47,576 bases of DNA, taken from contig CAXSGP010000030.1 in assembly GCA_964236955.1 (NCBI GenBank), forward strand, positions 1 through 47,576. Direction: 5' to 3'. Of the stretch, positions 36,956 through 47,050 are shown piece by piece. Positions within the stretch are counted from its first letter, which is position 1, and each line of letters opens with the position of its first letter. The position numbers were made by a program, and so were the translations under genes. Origin of the DNA: an uncultured Oligoflexus sp. (GTDB lineage Bacteria; Bdellovibrionota_B; Oligoflexia; Oligoflexales; Oligoflexaceae). Under the pieces are notes generated by a model that searched no databases, was not told where the DNA came from, and was given only the letters and a program-made list of their open reading frames with translations.

Positions 36956-38941
36956 TTACAGGCCATGCGTGAGCTCTGTCCTTCCGCTCCCCACTTCGGG
37001 ATCCGCGCAGTCCAATGGCTCTGTTCCAGCATAAAGGGCGTTGGCCCACTGTCGAATCATGGCCCGCTCGCCCTCTGGCAGCATCTTGCCTGGCGGCATA
37101 TGTTGAAAAGACAAGGGATGGGAACAGATATTTCTGACTATGGCCGCCCTGTAGATTTCGGCCGTTCGCTCCTTGAGCAGAGCTGGGCTGCGCTTGCTGC
37201 TGTGACAGTAACCACAGCGGGCTTCAAGCACGGGCCTGATGTCAGAATCAAAAGTGAAAGGGGCCTGAATCCCAGCAGCGGCTGTAGTGATGGCCGCTTT
37301 GCTTTCGCCATTGCCTCCACCTTCGCCTTTGGCCGCAGTAAAGTAACGGTTGACGAGCAACTGAACCGCATGGGTTTCATTAAGAGCTCTTAGGCTTACG
37401 CCCAAGGTCATGGCCGGGCCATAGCCGAAGTTTCGAAGGTTATTCTCATTGCGCTTTTCAATATTTTTACGAAGGGGCTCCCAAATTGCAAAGGTCGGCA
37501 TCGAAACACCCGCTAATGCCGCAAGTTCCCCGTGGGTTTTACCGCTGCGTTGCCGCACTGCTTTTTCGGTCATATCCCGAGTGTGGCAACTCGTGCAGGA
37601 TGCCCCCTTTTTTCCGCCGAGATTGAGTGAGGTCTGGTCGGGATCAGCAATTTCGAGAAGTTCCTTCAAGGACGCTCGACCGGCGTCGCTGGTCAGGAGG
37701 GTATCGCTGTGACCGGCCCGGTAAAAATAGTCTAGCGATTTTAGGCTTAAATCAAAGGGGGTATAGGGAAAGCCCCGACTCACTTGCGATAGGGTGAAGG
37801 TCTCCACTTTGAACGGCTCCAGGCGCGTTAGGTAGCGAGCGCCGGACCGCCCCGCGACGGGTTGAACCAGACGCAATCCAAAGCTCCAGTTTCCGCCGCT
37901 ATTATCGCTCGTCATCCAGGTTAATTTAAAAAGCTTACTCTCGCGCGCATACTTGGCAAGGATGCGTCGCCATTCGATGCCCACGGCTGCCGGTGCATTG
38001 TCACCGAGCGGACAGTCCATCTCCTCTCTTAAGCCGGGATGAGGCAGTAGCATTTCCTTTTGCCCCGCATACCAGACGCTTGTCTGGTCGCTTTCCGGGC
38101 TTGCTGCCAAGACGCCTTTGGTGATGGCCTGCATAGTTCTTAAATCAGCGATAAAATCAGCAAGGTTATCCAGTTTATAGAAGGCGTGCATGGCCAAGTC
38201 TAAAGCCGAGTAGCCGCCGTCAGCATTGGCAATAAAAGGCTGAAAGACCAAACGAAGTTCAGCTCCGCCACAGGCTTCGGCAGGAAATTGGGGATGGGTG
38301 GCGGGATTGAGCCCATCACCGTTCTGGGCGAGGACGGTGGTTCGGTAACTACAGGGCTCAAATCGAGCGGCAACCACTCGCCAGTTTTTATAGTGACAGG
38401 CTCCCGCCGGCAGCGTCTGGGTAACGGCGACATTGGTGCCCTCGTTTCTTAATATCTCGACATCGTCAGTCCGCAGTTCCTTCCCGCCTATCGGTTCGGG
38501 GCAAAGATCATCGCTGACCGAAGCCACATCCGGTATTGCCGCCATATCCGTTTTCAGCTGGCTTTGCAGCTCGCCTAGGCCGGCGTTGACGGCCTCTGCC
38601 GTCCAGGCTGCAGCGTTGGCCGGCATAGGCAGGACGGACATAAGCGAGTCCTTTGCCCAATTCTGCCAAAGCGATTCGGAAAGAATGGGGTCCGCGCCGC
38701 CCAAATCTAGCTTAGGCGCGTTGCACATACCCGTCCCCTTTTTACCAAATACCGAATCCTTTGGATCATTAAATATCGAATTCTGCAGAGGTACAAGGAT
38801 CGAGACATCGCTTGCACCCAGATCTTCCTGAGTTCGATTAGCATGGGATTGATAGGAAAGATAAGACTTCAACGCCTTTTCGTTAGGGCCGCAGGACAAG
38901 ATGAATAAACATAGACCTATCATCGTCCAAGAATTTTTCAA
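36956..38941 (-). CDS. Uncharacterised lipoprotein with two c-type heme motifs
   Basis: Lipobox ILSC; CTSCH in the main domain; CGYCH...HMPP in a small C-terminal cytochrome c domain (FDSDIRPVLEARC). Confidence 0.75.
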   Translation of the reverse strand: MKNSWTMIGLCLFILSCGPNEKALKSYLSYQSHANRTQEDLGASDVSILVPLQNSIFNDPKDSVFGKKGTGMCNAPKLDLGGADPILSESLWQNWAKDSLMSVLPMPANAAAWTAEAVNAGLGELQSQLKTDMAAIPDVASVSDDLCPEPIGGKELRTDDVEILRNEGTNVAVTQTLPAGACHYKNWRVVAARFEPCSYRTTVLAQNGDGLNPATHPQFPAEACGGAELRLVFQPFIANADGGYSALDLAMHAFYKLDNLADFIADLRTMQAITKGVLAASPESDQTSVWYAGQKEMLLPHPGLREEMDCPLGDNAPAAVGIEWRRILAKYARESKLFKLTWMTSDNSGGNWSFGLRLVQPVAGRSGARYLTRLEPFKVETFTLSQVSRGFPYTPFDLSLKSLDYFYRAGHSDTLLTSDAGRASLKELLEIADPDQTSLNLGGKKGASCTSCHTRDMTEKAVRQRSGKTHGELAALAGVSMPTFAIWEPLRKNIEKRNENNLRNFGYGPAMTLGVSLRALNETHAVQLLVNRYFTAAKGEGGGNGESKAAITTAAAGIQAPFTFDSDIRPVLEARCGYCHSSKRSPALLKERTAEIYRAAIVRNICSHPLSFQHMPPGKMLPEGERAMIRQWANALYAGTEPLDCADPEVGSGRTELTHGL

Positions 38942-39076
38942 AGGTATTGCCTCGATGGAAACGGTTGGAGTTCAAGCCGACAGTTCGATAGGGCTGTCCG
39001 GGTGAGAGGATAGGAACCCCAGACCGATTCGCCAGGAAAGGAATCCGCCCCACGATTAGCCCGTTAAAGCCATAAA

Positions 39077-39862
39077 TCAGGGTACATAGCATTCGCGGGC
39101 GGCTGGTAATTTTGCTCCACCGGTCTTCACTTTAGTCTGCACACGAAGCCCGGGACGAAGCTGTCCGGCAACTGAGAAGCAGTCATCTTCCGCAGGAATC
39201 GTACAGAGCACTTCGGTCTTGTCGTCGGCCGAATACTGGCAATTTTCGGGAATGTCCACCAGCAGTCCAAACTGCATCAAGGGCGCGTCGAGAAGCGTGC
39301 TGTCGCGCGCCGCTAGCTTATCCACACAGAAATCGATATTGCCCTTATATTTCTCGCCGACTGCCCACCGAACCTTGGAACAGATTTCCGGATCCGAGTT
39401 ACGGCCATTGACACAGCCTGACGTCACTCCGTTGCAGAGGGATCCAATAGTTTGCCCCGACTGCAAGCGATCCAAGGCATTTTCCGCGCATAGATCGACA
39501 AGGTAGCGAGCGGCGCTGATCGAGTTCACCGAGGTCTTACCGCGGCTGTTCAGATAAAAATCTCTTTTGCGATCAAAGCTCGATGTGAACCGACAGGTTT
39601 TTTCCGTTGATGTCGTCTTCACTGTTTTCCATTCACAGTATTCTTCCTGATTTTTAATGGCAGTCTCTGCCGCGGATCCAAAACGTTTAGGTTCGCAGGA
39701 CCAATCGACGACATAGCTACGGGTTTGGCCTTCGACTTGCAATTCCTCCCAATCCGATTTCACCAGGGACGCAGTGGGTGGAGGGGATTGGTCTCGACAG
39801 GAAAGGGAGAGGCTGAGTGCCGCCAGCGAAGTCATAAGCTGCATTTTCAAAAATCGCTGCAT
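39077..39862 (-). CDS. Cys-rich hypothetical lipoprotein
   Basis: Lipobox SLSC; 12 further cysteines; co-oriented and upstream of the di-heme lipoprotein. Confidence 0.7.
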   Translation of the reverse strand: MQRFLKMQLMTSLAALSLSLSCRDQSPPPTASLVKSDWEELQVEGQTRSYVVDWSCEPKRFGSAAETAIKNQEEYCEWKTVKTTSTEKTCRFTSSFDRKRDFYLNSRGKTSVNSISAARYLVDLCAENALDRLQSGQTIGSLCNGVTSGCVNGRNSDPEICSKVRWAVGEKYKGNIDFCVDKLAARDSTLLDAPLMQFGLLVDIPENCQYSADDKTEVLCTIPAEDDCFSVAGQLRPGLRVQTKVKTGGAKLPAARECYVP

Positions 39863-40539
39863 AGAAATCCTCGTTCTCTGGTTCGTTCATAATCAGTCGA
39901 TTGGTCGCAGAATGGAGACAAACAGCTAGGTCAATAGACCTGAACTGTCTAGCCAACTTATGAAGTATCATAAAGAATTTATCCAAGAAAGGAGGTTCAA
40001 AAAGCATTCTATTCATTTCGACTTCATCAACGCCCGTCATTCTTCCCCAAATAAGCTTCAATGGCGGTCTTTAACCCACTTTTTTAAAATGTCAAATTTT
40101 TATAATATCCCTCTTTGCGCAAACAAAAACGTCCCATTTCATCAGAATTGGAGCCGCAAAACCGCACGGAGCCTTGAGAACAGAGCCGCACCAAAATTTA
40201 TTGCCAGGCTGGATTTTTGATGAATTAGGATCTGGCGCAAGCGGCCCAAATAAAATCGTCGCCGTATCATTTAGGAAAGCTAAATATTTTTTCATAAGCT
40301 GATAATCAATCAGTTGCAAAATGCCAGGACTTCATAATTTTGAGCGGAAGGTAGTCACCAGCCTTGGCTTGAATGCTGCGGGCGTTGAAACCCGGGAGAA
40401 TCTCAAGCGGATTGCTTGACAAGGATTAAGGCCTGGGGTACCAGCATGAATAAGCTTTTTCCGAGACTTCGACGTTTCCTCATCTTGGCTTTAGGACCAT
40501 CCGTTACTTGATTACGGAATTTTCCACTAAGGATGTCCC

Positions 40540-41322
40540 ATGAAAAAATATCTGCTCCTGCCCTTTGCCCTCGGCTTCATGCTCAGCTGTGCCGACAGCA
40601 AGAGCTCTGTTCTCAATCCCAAAACGAGCGACAGCGAACTTAGCGCGACGGTTGGCGCTGCAGCCCACGGCATGGTGCTCTTTGGAACCGACAGCCTTTT
40701 CATTTCGCATATTCCGATGTTTATGTCGCCCCACGACTGGCAAGCCCTGATGCAGGTGCAGATCACCCATGCGCAGGCCGACGCTCTGGCAATCTACAAA
40801 AAGGCGTCCAAGCCCGATCAACAGATCTTGTTCACAGTCCGTCCTAAACCCTTTATCCTGCCGAACCTGCTCAGTGGCAAGATCAAGAGTTTCCAAGCTG
40901 ACCTCTATAAAGGCAACTTTGAAAAGGGCGGCAAGCTCCTCCTCTCCGATATAACCGTAGCCGTTGACAGCGTCCTCTATTCCACACAGTTGTCCAAGGC
41001 AACAGCCGCAGCCGGACAGCTGACCTATTTAGCTGTTGAAACCACCGGCGCCTCGTACCTAGTGCATAAGATCACAGCCCCTCAGAACTTCGATCACATC
41101 GTTCAAATTCAATGGTTAACCGAAGGCGTGGAAAGAACCGCTGCATTGCAAACCTTTAAGGTCAAGGACCTTGAGTCGAAACGCCTGCGGCCTGGTCAAT
41201 ATTTTGCTGCCAGTGAAGATGGTTCGATGCTTGAGAGTTCTACCGTCAACGGCGCGGCTTTTAAAGTTGTGGCGGATTTCTATTGCACCAAGGGCCCTGA
41301 TTTTTACAATCTTTGCGACTGA
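40540..41322 (+). CDS. Hypothetical lipoprotein (HGMVLFG...SHIPMF..PHDWQ motif)
   Basis: Lipobox MLSC; conserved-looking His-containing N-terminal motif; directly upstream of an MBL hydrolase. Confidence 0.75.
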   Translation: MKKYLLLPFALGFMLSCADSKSSVLNPKTSDSELSATVGAAAHGMVLFGTDSLFISHIPMFMSPHDWQALMQVQITHAQADALAIYKKASKPDQQILFTVRPKPFILPNLLSGKIKSFQADLYKGNFEKGGKLLLSDITVAVDSVLYSTQLSKATAAAGQLTYLAVETTGASYLVHKITAPQNFDHIVQIQWLTEGVERTAALQTFKVKDLESKRLRPGQYFAASEDGSMLESSTVNGAAFKVVADFYCTKGPDFYNLCD

Positions 41323-41333
41323 AAGGTAACACC

Positions 41334-42248
41334 ATGATCTCTAAACATAAATTTGCAGCGCTATTATTCGGTATTCTCCCTTTTTTAAGCACAAAAGGTT
41401 ATTCAGCCGTGACATTGGAAAGCGGTACACTGGGCATAAAATGGAATCACGGCTCGTCTCAATGCTCGGGCAATAATGACCCGGCCATTCAAATTCATGC
41501 CTATAACGATAATATGGTTATACTAAGGCAAAACAAATGCGTGAATTATGAAGCTCCTTTTATGTACCTGCTCTTTGGTGAAAAACGCGCAATCCTGTTC
41601 GACACCGGAGCAACAAAGTCAGCTTCCCAGTTTCCCATTCAAAAGACGATAGAGAGGCTGCTCGTCGAGCATTATGGTGCCGAGCAACGGGCCAAGATTG
41701 AACTGGTCGTCGCTCACACGCATGCGCACGGCGATCATATAGCGGGTGATTCTCAATTCAAAGGCAAGCCCAATACGACACTGGTCGGCACCTCACCGAC
41801 TGCCGTCGCGGCTTTTTTTGGCTTTAAAAACTGGCCGACAGGGAGCGTGAGCTACGATCTTGGGGGACGCGCGCTCGCACTTCTGCCCATGCCTGGCCAT
41901 GAAGATAGTCACATTGCTATCTATGATGATCAGACGGGAATCCTTTTGTCCGGCGACTCCCTTTATCCGGGGCGCCTTTATGTAAGAAATTGGACCGCCT
42001 ACCGCAAAAGCGTAGCCCAACTCACGGCCTTCTTAGCTGACAGGGAGGTGAGCTATGTGCTTGGCGCTCATATTGAAATGTCAACCACAGCCGGTGTCGA
42101 CTATCCCGTGGGAACGACGTTTCAACCCTTTGAACATGATCTGCCTTTGACCAAGGCGAGCCTGAACCTGCTTAAGAGCCGCTTGCTTGCCATCGGTCCT
42201 TCGCCCTTAGAAGACGTCCAAGACGACTTCATTATCTATCCGCTTTAA
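41334..42248 (+). CDS. Secreted MBL-fold metallo-hydrolase
   Basis: Signal peptide; LRQNKC.NYEAPFMYLLFG, LFDTGA, HTHAHGDH (HxHxDH), PGH, SGDSLYPGRLY, LGAHIE. Confidence 0.9.
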   Translation: MISKHKFAALLFGILPFLSTKGYSAVTLESGTLGIKWNHGSSQCSGNNDPAIQIHAYNDNMVILRQNKCVNYEAPFMYLLFGEKRAILFDTGATKSASQFPIQKTIERLLVEHYGAEQRAKIELVVAHTHAHGDHIAGDSQFKGKPNTTLVGTSPTAVAAFFGFKNWPTGSVSYDLGGRALALLPMPGHEDSHIAIYDDQTGILLSGDSLYPGRLYVRNWTAYRKSVAQLTAFLADREVSYVLGAHIEMSTTAGVDYPVGTTFQPFEHDLPLTKASLNLLKSRLLAIGPSPLEDVQDDFIIYPL

Positions 42249-42266
42249 CTTGACCGAAACGATTTA

Positions 42267-42299
42267 GGCCTCAACCCTTGCAAGAGGTGTTGAGCCTTT
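42267..42299 (+). terminator. Possible terminator hairpin
   Basis: GGCCTCAAC...GTTGAGCC imperfect stem followed by TTT after the MBL gene. Confidence 0.4.
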
Positions 42300-42504
42300 G
42301 CCTGCCAGCCGTCCTTAACCCACTCCTTACTCCGGATACCCTGCCGATTCATTCGTGAGCAGATTTTTCCCATTTCTCTCATGATATAATTTCCATATCA
42401 CATGGCACTGCAATCTCTGACTCAGACTTTTGAGAAAGCTCACGTCTTCTCATCAGCATGACTTCGCCTATTCTGCCAAAAACGAAACATCCACGGGGAT
42501 TTCC

Positions 42505-43539
42505 ATGCGTATCAATCGTAGGCAGGCTTGTGTTTCGTCGCTCTATGTCTATTCCAGCCTGGTCCTGTCGAACGGCCTGACGTCACTGGCCTGTGGGCCT
42601 GACCCAAAGGTCCAGGAGCCGGATCTCTTGACCTCTTTAGCCTTCGGGTCCTGCAATAAGCAGGATATGCTAACGAGGCATTGGCCCATTATCAAAGAAA
42701 AAAATGCTCAAGGCTGGCTATGGATGGGCGATGCAATTTACGCCGATGATAAAGTCCCGAAGCTAAGAGTCAGGGAATATCAAAAAGTTCTGGCCGACGA
42801 GGGCTATCAGGCTCTCCTCGCCAATAGCTTTGTTATGGGCACGTGGGATGATCATGATTTTGCCGCCAACGACTCGGGTGGGGACTATAGGGACAAAGTA
42901 GAAAGTCAGAAAGTTTTTCTCGATTTCATAGGCGAGCCACTTGATTCCTTACGCCGCCTGCAAAAGGGCATCTACACATCGAAGGATATTGGCAAGGTCG
43001 ACAGGCAGATTCAGTTTATCCTGCTCGATATGCGTTACTTTAAAGAAAAGCCCGCTATCGCCGCTGATCCCATGGGAGCGGCGCAGTGGGACTGGTTGGA
43101 ACAAGAAATCAAAAAACCAGGGCCTGCCCTGAAAGTTGTCGTCTCCAGCATACAGGTTTTGACTGATTATACGGGGCGGGAGACCTGGGCTTGCTATCCC
43201 GAAGCCCAGACTCGCCTGCTCGCTCTCCTTGCCACCTCACTTACTCCCGTGCTGCTTCTAAGTGGCGACCGTCATCTGACAGAAACGAGTCGGCGCCAGG
43301 TGGCGACAGATCGGATCATTCATGAAATCACAAGCAGCGGCCTGACGCACACTACCGAGCTTAGCAACAACAACATCTGGTGCGTGCAGTCGCAGATCAA
43401 GGAAACAAATTTTGGTGTGCTTAGTCTGGAATGGGACAGCACACCTCAGCCGGTTTTAAAGGCTTTGAATGCGTCACTCTATTCTCCACAGACAGGAAAT
43501 ATGATACGTGATATGAATGTTCCATTGACCTGGATCTAA
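42505..43539 (+). CDS. phoD: Alkaline phosphatase D (PhoD) family protein, Tat-like lipoprotein
   Basis: NRRQ...LAC signal; AFGSC, WMGDAIYAD, TWDDHDF..ND, LLDMRYF, QWDWLE, LSGDRH, EITSSGL. Confidence 0.88.
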   Translation: MRINRRQACVSSLYVYSSLVLSNGLTSLACGPDPKVQEPDLLTSLAFGSCNKQDMLTRHWPIIKEKNAQGWLWMGDAIYADDKVPKLRVREYQKVLADEGYQALLANSFVMGTWDDHDFAANDSGGDYRDKVESQKVFLDFIGEPLDSLRRLQKGIYTSKDIGKVDRQIQFILLDMRYFKEKPAIAADPMGAAQWDWLEQEIKKPGPALKVVVSSIQVLTDYTGRETWACYPEAQTRLLALLATSLTPVLLLSGDRHLTETSRRQVATDRIIHEITSSGLTHTTELSNNNIWCVQSQIKETNFGVLSLEWDSTPQPVLKALNASLYSPQTGNMIRDMNVPLTWI

Positions 43540-43585
43540 GCTTTTGGCTCGCCATAGCCCAGCGACTTGGATCTCCCTTCCCATA

Positions 43586-43611
43586 TCCTTAGGTCAATTC
43601 CTTAGGTCAAT
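43586..43611. repeat. 13-bp perfect tandem duplication
   Basis: TCCTTAGGTCAAT x2 in the intergenic region upstream of the PQQ gene. Confidence 0.7.
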
Positions 43612-43765
43612 TGCCGTCATGACGTTTATTTCAAGCACCCTCGGCATATTCTTTACAATCAAATTAACGCTTAGGTTCCAATAGCTTAAAATCGTTGTTT
43701 TGCGATCACCAATTGCCTCAGGGCAAGCTGCGTGCCAGTGTTTCATTTTATCGGAAGGGGTTACT

Positions 43766-45490
43766 ATGAAACATTGCGTTAAAATATTAATGGGCTGTCT
43801 TATGCTTTCCTCGGCAGCGAAAGCCGACGATGCTGCGGTTTGGCCATCATGGGGTGGCAATCCAGAAAACACCCATCAAGGGATTAATAGTCCCGCTATT
43901 ACGCCCGAGTCTGTGTCGGGGCTCAAGGTAAAATGGACCTTTCTTACCAAGGGCGATGTATCAGCGATACCAGTCGTAAGTGAAAAGTTTGTGTATTTTC
44001 CTGATTGGGGCACGCCCTTTGTTGCGCCCTTGACGGGCGGCAGCTACCTCCATGCGCTGGACCGGGAAACGGGCGAATCGGTATGGACCAAATCCATACT
44101 GGGCTACAGCGAGAATTTGCTCAACAATCTGGCCCGAAGCAGCTTTGCGATATCGGGAAATCTTTTGATCTTTGGTGATAACCGGGGGGTGGTTGATTCT
44201 ATTTTGAGCCTACCCGGCTCGCACGGTGCGGCTGTCTATGCATTGGACCAAAGCACAGGCGAACTCGTCTGGAAGACCTACGTTGACGACAATCAGCTTG
44301 CCATCGTCACGCAATCGCCCGTCATTCACAACGGCCGCGTCTATGTTGGAACCTCGTCCAATGAAGAAGCAGCCGCTCGTTTAACCAAAGACTGCTGTTC
44401 TTTCCGGGGTGCGATGCTGGCGCTTGATCTCGCAACGGGAAAAATTCTTTGGAAAACCTATATGGCGCCCAAAAGCGAGGAAAAAAATGGTTTTACGGGC
44501 AATGCCGTATGGGGCAGTCAACCTGCTATCGATGTCAAACGTAATGCAGTCTACATAGCGACAGGAAACAATTACACCTTTCCAAAGCAGCTTGAAATTT
44601 GTTTAAAGGCCCACCGGGGTCGACCAGCAGAGCAGCAGACGGAATGTTACGACAAACTCGATGCTCCCGACAACTATGCAAGCTCAGTCCTTTCTCTTGA
44701 CCTGGACACGGGTGCTATAAAATGGGCGCGCAAACTTGAGAATTTTGGTGCTTGGACTTACGCTTGCGATCCTTCCTTGATTCCGATCTTGCCCGTCAAT
44801 AAGAAAAACTGTGAGGATCTGGAATCGCTCGACTTTGATTTTGGTCAGGCCCCTATGCTGGTCCATACCAAGATTCAAGACAAAGATCGGGATATCGTCG
44901 CTGTAGGGCAGAAAAGCGGTGTTTTTTGGGCCTTTGATCCCGACCAGGAGGGAGCCACCTTATGGGCAACGACAGTTGGGCCAGGCGGGGCCTTAGGTGG
45001 CATGGAGTTTGGATCCGCCAGCGATGGCGAACGCATCTATGTGCAGCTTACAAATTTTGATCATGTCGCATTTCCCATTGAGGCGGGTCCTCAAAAAGGC
45101 AGGATCACCAATGGCGGCATCTGGGCTGGTCTTGAGGCAGCGACTGGGAAAATACTTTGGCAAACGCCTGACCCGACGAGCACAAAACCCTTGAAAGGAA
45201 TTCTCGTTCATCCCACCTTTGGCGCTTTCCTTGGTGATGGTTATTTTGCGGCGGCGAAGGGCCCCATGGCTGTTAACAATGCCGTGGTCTTTGCTGGATC
45301 CATGGATCGTAAAGGCCATATGTATGCCTTCGACGGACGGAATGGCAAAATACTGTGGAGTTTTGCCAGCGGCGGATCGGTGATGTCGGCTCCGGCGATC
45401 GTTGATAATGTCGTCTATTGGGGTTCGGGATATTCCAAGACTGGCTTCGCCAATAAAAAATTCTATGCTTTCGATTTGGGTGGCAAGTAA
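43766..45490 (+). CDS. PQQ-binding beta-propeller dehydrogenase, polyvinyl-alcohol-dehydrogenase-like, without a heme domain
   Basis: Signal peptide; WPSWGG..ENT, LKVKWTF, repeated ALD..TG...W Trp-docking motifs, vicinal CCSFRG, VWGSQPAID, DFDFG..P, GQKSG. Confidence 0.88.
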   Translation: MKHCVKILMGCLMLSSAAKADDAAVWPSWGGNPENTHQGINSPAITPESVSGLKVKWTFLTKGDVSAIPVVSEKFVYFPDWGTPFVAPLTGGSYLHALDRETGESVWTKSILGYSENLLNNLARSSFAISGNLLIFGDNRGVVDSILSLPGSHGAAVYALDQSTGELVWKTYVDDNQLAIVTQSPVIHNGRVYVGTSSNEEAAARLTKDCCSFRGAMLALDLATGKILWKTYMAPKSEEKNGFTGNAVWGSQPAIDVKRNAVYIATGNNYTFPKQLEICLKAHRGRPAEQQTECYDKLDAPDNYASSVLSLDLDTGAIKWARKLENFGAWTYACDPSLIPILPVNKKNCEDLESLDFDFGQAPMLVHTKIQDKDRDIVAVGQKSGVFWAFDPDQEGATLWATTVGPGGALGGMEFGSASDGERIYVQLTNFDHVAFPIEAGPQKGRITNGGIWAGLEAATGKILWQTPDPTSTKPLKGILVHPTFGAFLGDGYFAAAKGPMAVNNAVVFAGSMDRKGHMYAFDGRNGKILWSFASGGSVMSAPAIVDNVVYWGSGYSKTGFANKKFYAFDLGGK

Positions 45491-45557
45491 GAACACATGA
45501 CGCGCGTTCCTTCGATCGATGGTCGACTTATCTGAACTCATCGATCGGAGTGTCCTT

Positions 45558-46217
45558 TCATCGCCTGAACTGGCCCAATTCAACTTTGTAATATCCTACC
45601 TCACCCTGGTATCCTTGAATTTTCTTTGAGTGCCTCGCTTGATCAACCAGAACGATAAGCGGCAGGGGAATATCGTCTGGGTCAATTTTATGCTCAAGCA
45701 GAAAAGCCATCGTCGCTTTTCCTTTGGGTGAATCCGGGTCATCCCGAAATTCATCAGCATCGATCTTAACGAGGGTATAGCTCTTCATAGCCGCTATCAT
45801 CTCTGCATCCCGTTTGAATAGATTATCTTGGGCAGCACAGGGCTCGCACCAGTCTGCTTCAAATTCCACAAAGAGGGGTTTGTCTTCTTTTAACGCTTTG
45901 GCCTGAGCAAAGGCGATATCATGATTCCAAAGGCTTTCATATTCACGTGTTTCAGTAAGGACAAGTTTGCCTTCGCGAAGCGCAAGAGTGAAATGATTCA
46001 TCGCCAGGTAATTCTCCACCAGACCAAGGAGCTGGCGTTTCGTAACATTTTTGGGAATAGCGACGTGATCGTTTGCAGGAAGGGATAGGCCAGCAAACTT
46101 TACTTCCTTACCTTCCATTTCGCCAAGTTTTATGATAGCCGCCTCCATGTTTTCTTTCTTGGCGGGCGCACAGGCCATAGACAGAAGGACAAGGGCTATA
46201 AATCTGTTTTTATTCAT
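45558..46217 (-). CDS. Thioredoxin-fold lipoprotein
   Basis: Lipobox SMAC; AFAQAK...KPLFVEFEADWCEPC; LVKIDAD. Confidence 0.8.
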   Translation of the reverse strand: MNKNRFIALVLLSMACAPAKKENMEAAIIKLGEMEGKEVKFAGLSLPANDHVAIPKNVTKRQLLGLVENYLAMNHFTLALREGKLVLTETREYESLWNHDIAFAQAKALKEDKPLFVEFEADWCEPCAAQDNLFKRDAEMIAAMKSYTLVKIDADEFRDDPDSPKGKATMAFLLEHKIDPDDIPLPLIVLVDQARHSKKIQGYQGEVGYYKVELGQFRR

Positions 46218-46344
46218 CCGCGACCCTTTAAAAAAACGAAGAATCAATAAATCAAACAATATCCGAAGCTATAACTTTCGACCTGAATCATTGACAAGCC
46301 CGTCAGAATGATTGACAATAGCTAAAAATATCGGGGGTTTGGCA

Positions 46345-46932
46345 ATGCCACGTAAGATTATCATCGGGCTGCTTGCAGTTCTTGTCGCTGGTCTGGGAAC
46401 CTTTGCCTATATGCAGGCGAACAAGAGGCCCTCGTCCGCCATGCCGTTGACTCCTAAAGGCGTCAGTCCCATTGAAACCTCTCAGGTTGCCGACCCGGAT
46501 GCCCGCGAGCCAGCCGAAGCCTCCCCTTCCCCGCCCCCTGATCTGAAAAGCCCTGCGCAGGCGGCAGAGAAAAAAGCCGGCACTGGGCATTTCGAAATTT
46601 ATGTTCCTTATGCGGACCAGGCGGCCAACGATCTTGCTAGCTCGATGGACGACTTGAGCAAATCCGTGCGAGAAAAGAAATTGCGTGCGGCTTTCGCGGC
46701 GAAAGACCAGGTTGCCGCAAAATATGTAAAGATCAATTCCCTGAGCTGCCGCGAAACGATCTGCACGATAGATGCGGAAGCTAAGAATAATGCCACCGGC
46801 CTACAATTTCAAAATGCAATCGTTGAAGTGCTTCGCCATGAGCCTTGGATTGGCAATATGATTGACATCACGACTCCAATTGATGATCCGCGCCGCGGTC
46901 GCTTCGTTTTCTATCGCGAAATGCCGAAGTGA
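46345..46932 (+). CDS. Hypothetical membrane-anchored protein
   Basis: N-terminal TM helix, Pro-rich linker, C-terminal domain with CRETIC. Confidence 0.7.
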   Translation: MPRKIIIGLLAVLVAGLGTFAYMQANKRPSSAMPLTPKGVSPIETSQVADPDAREPAEASPSPPPDLKSPAQAAEKKAGTGHFEIYVPYADQAANDLASSMDDLSKSVREKKLRAAFAAKDQVAAKYVKINSLSCRETICTIDAEAKNNATGLQFQNAIVEVLRHEPWIGNMIDITTPIDDPRRGRFVFYREMPK

Positions 46933-47050
46933 ATTGAGCGTTATAGAAAATCGGCTTTTCCTTTTCACCAATCCTGCCGGTTCTCATGAGCACAGAGCGA
47001 AAGTCTCACGCTTCCCTTGCGCGAAGCTTCGATTGCATCAAGACCAACGC

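Noticed and set aside
42380..42412. Pho box upstream of phoD
   Set aside because: No clear 11-bp-period direct repeat could be identified.
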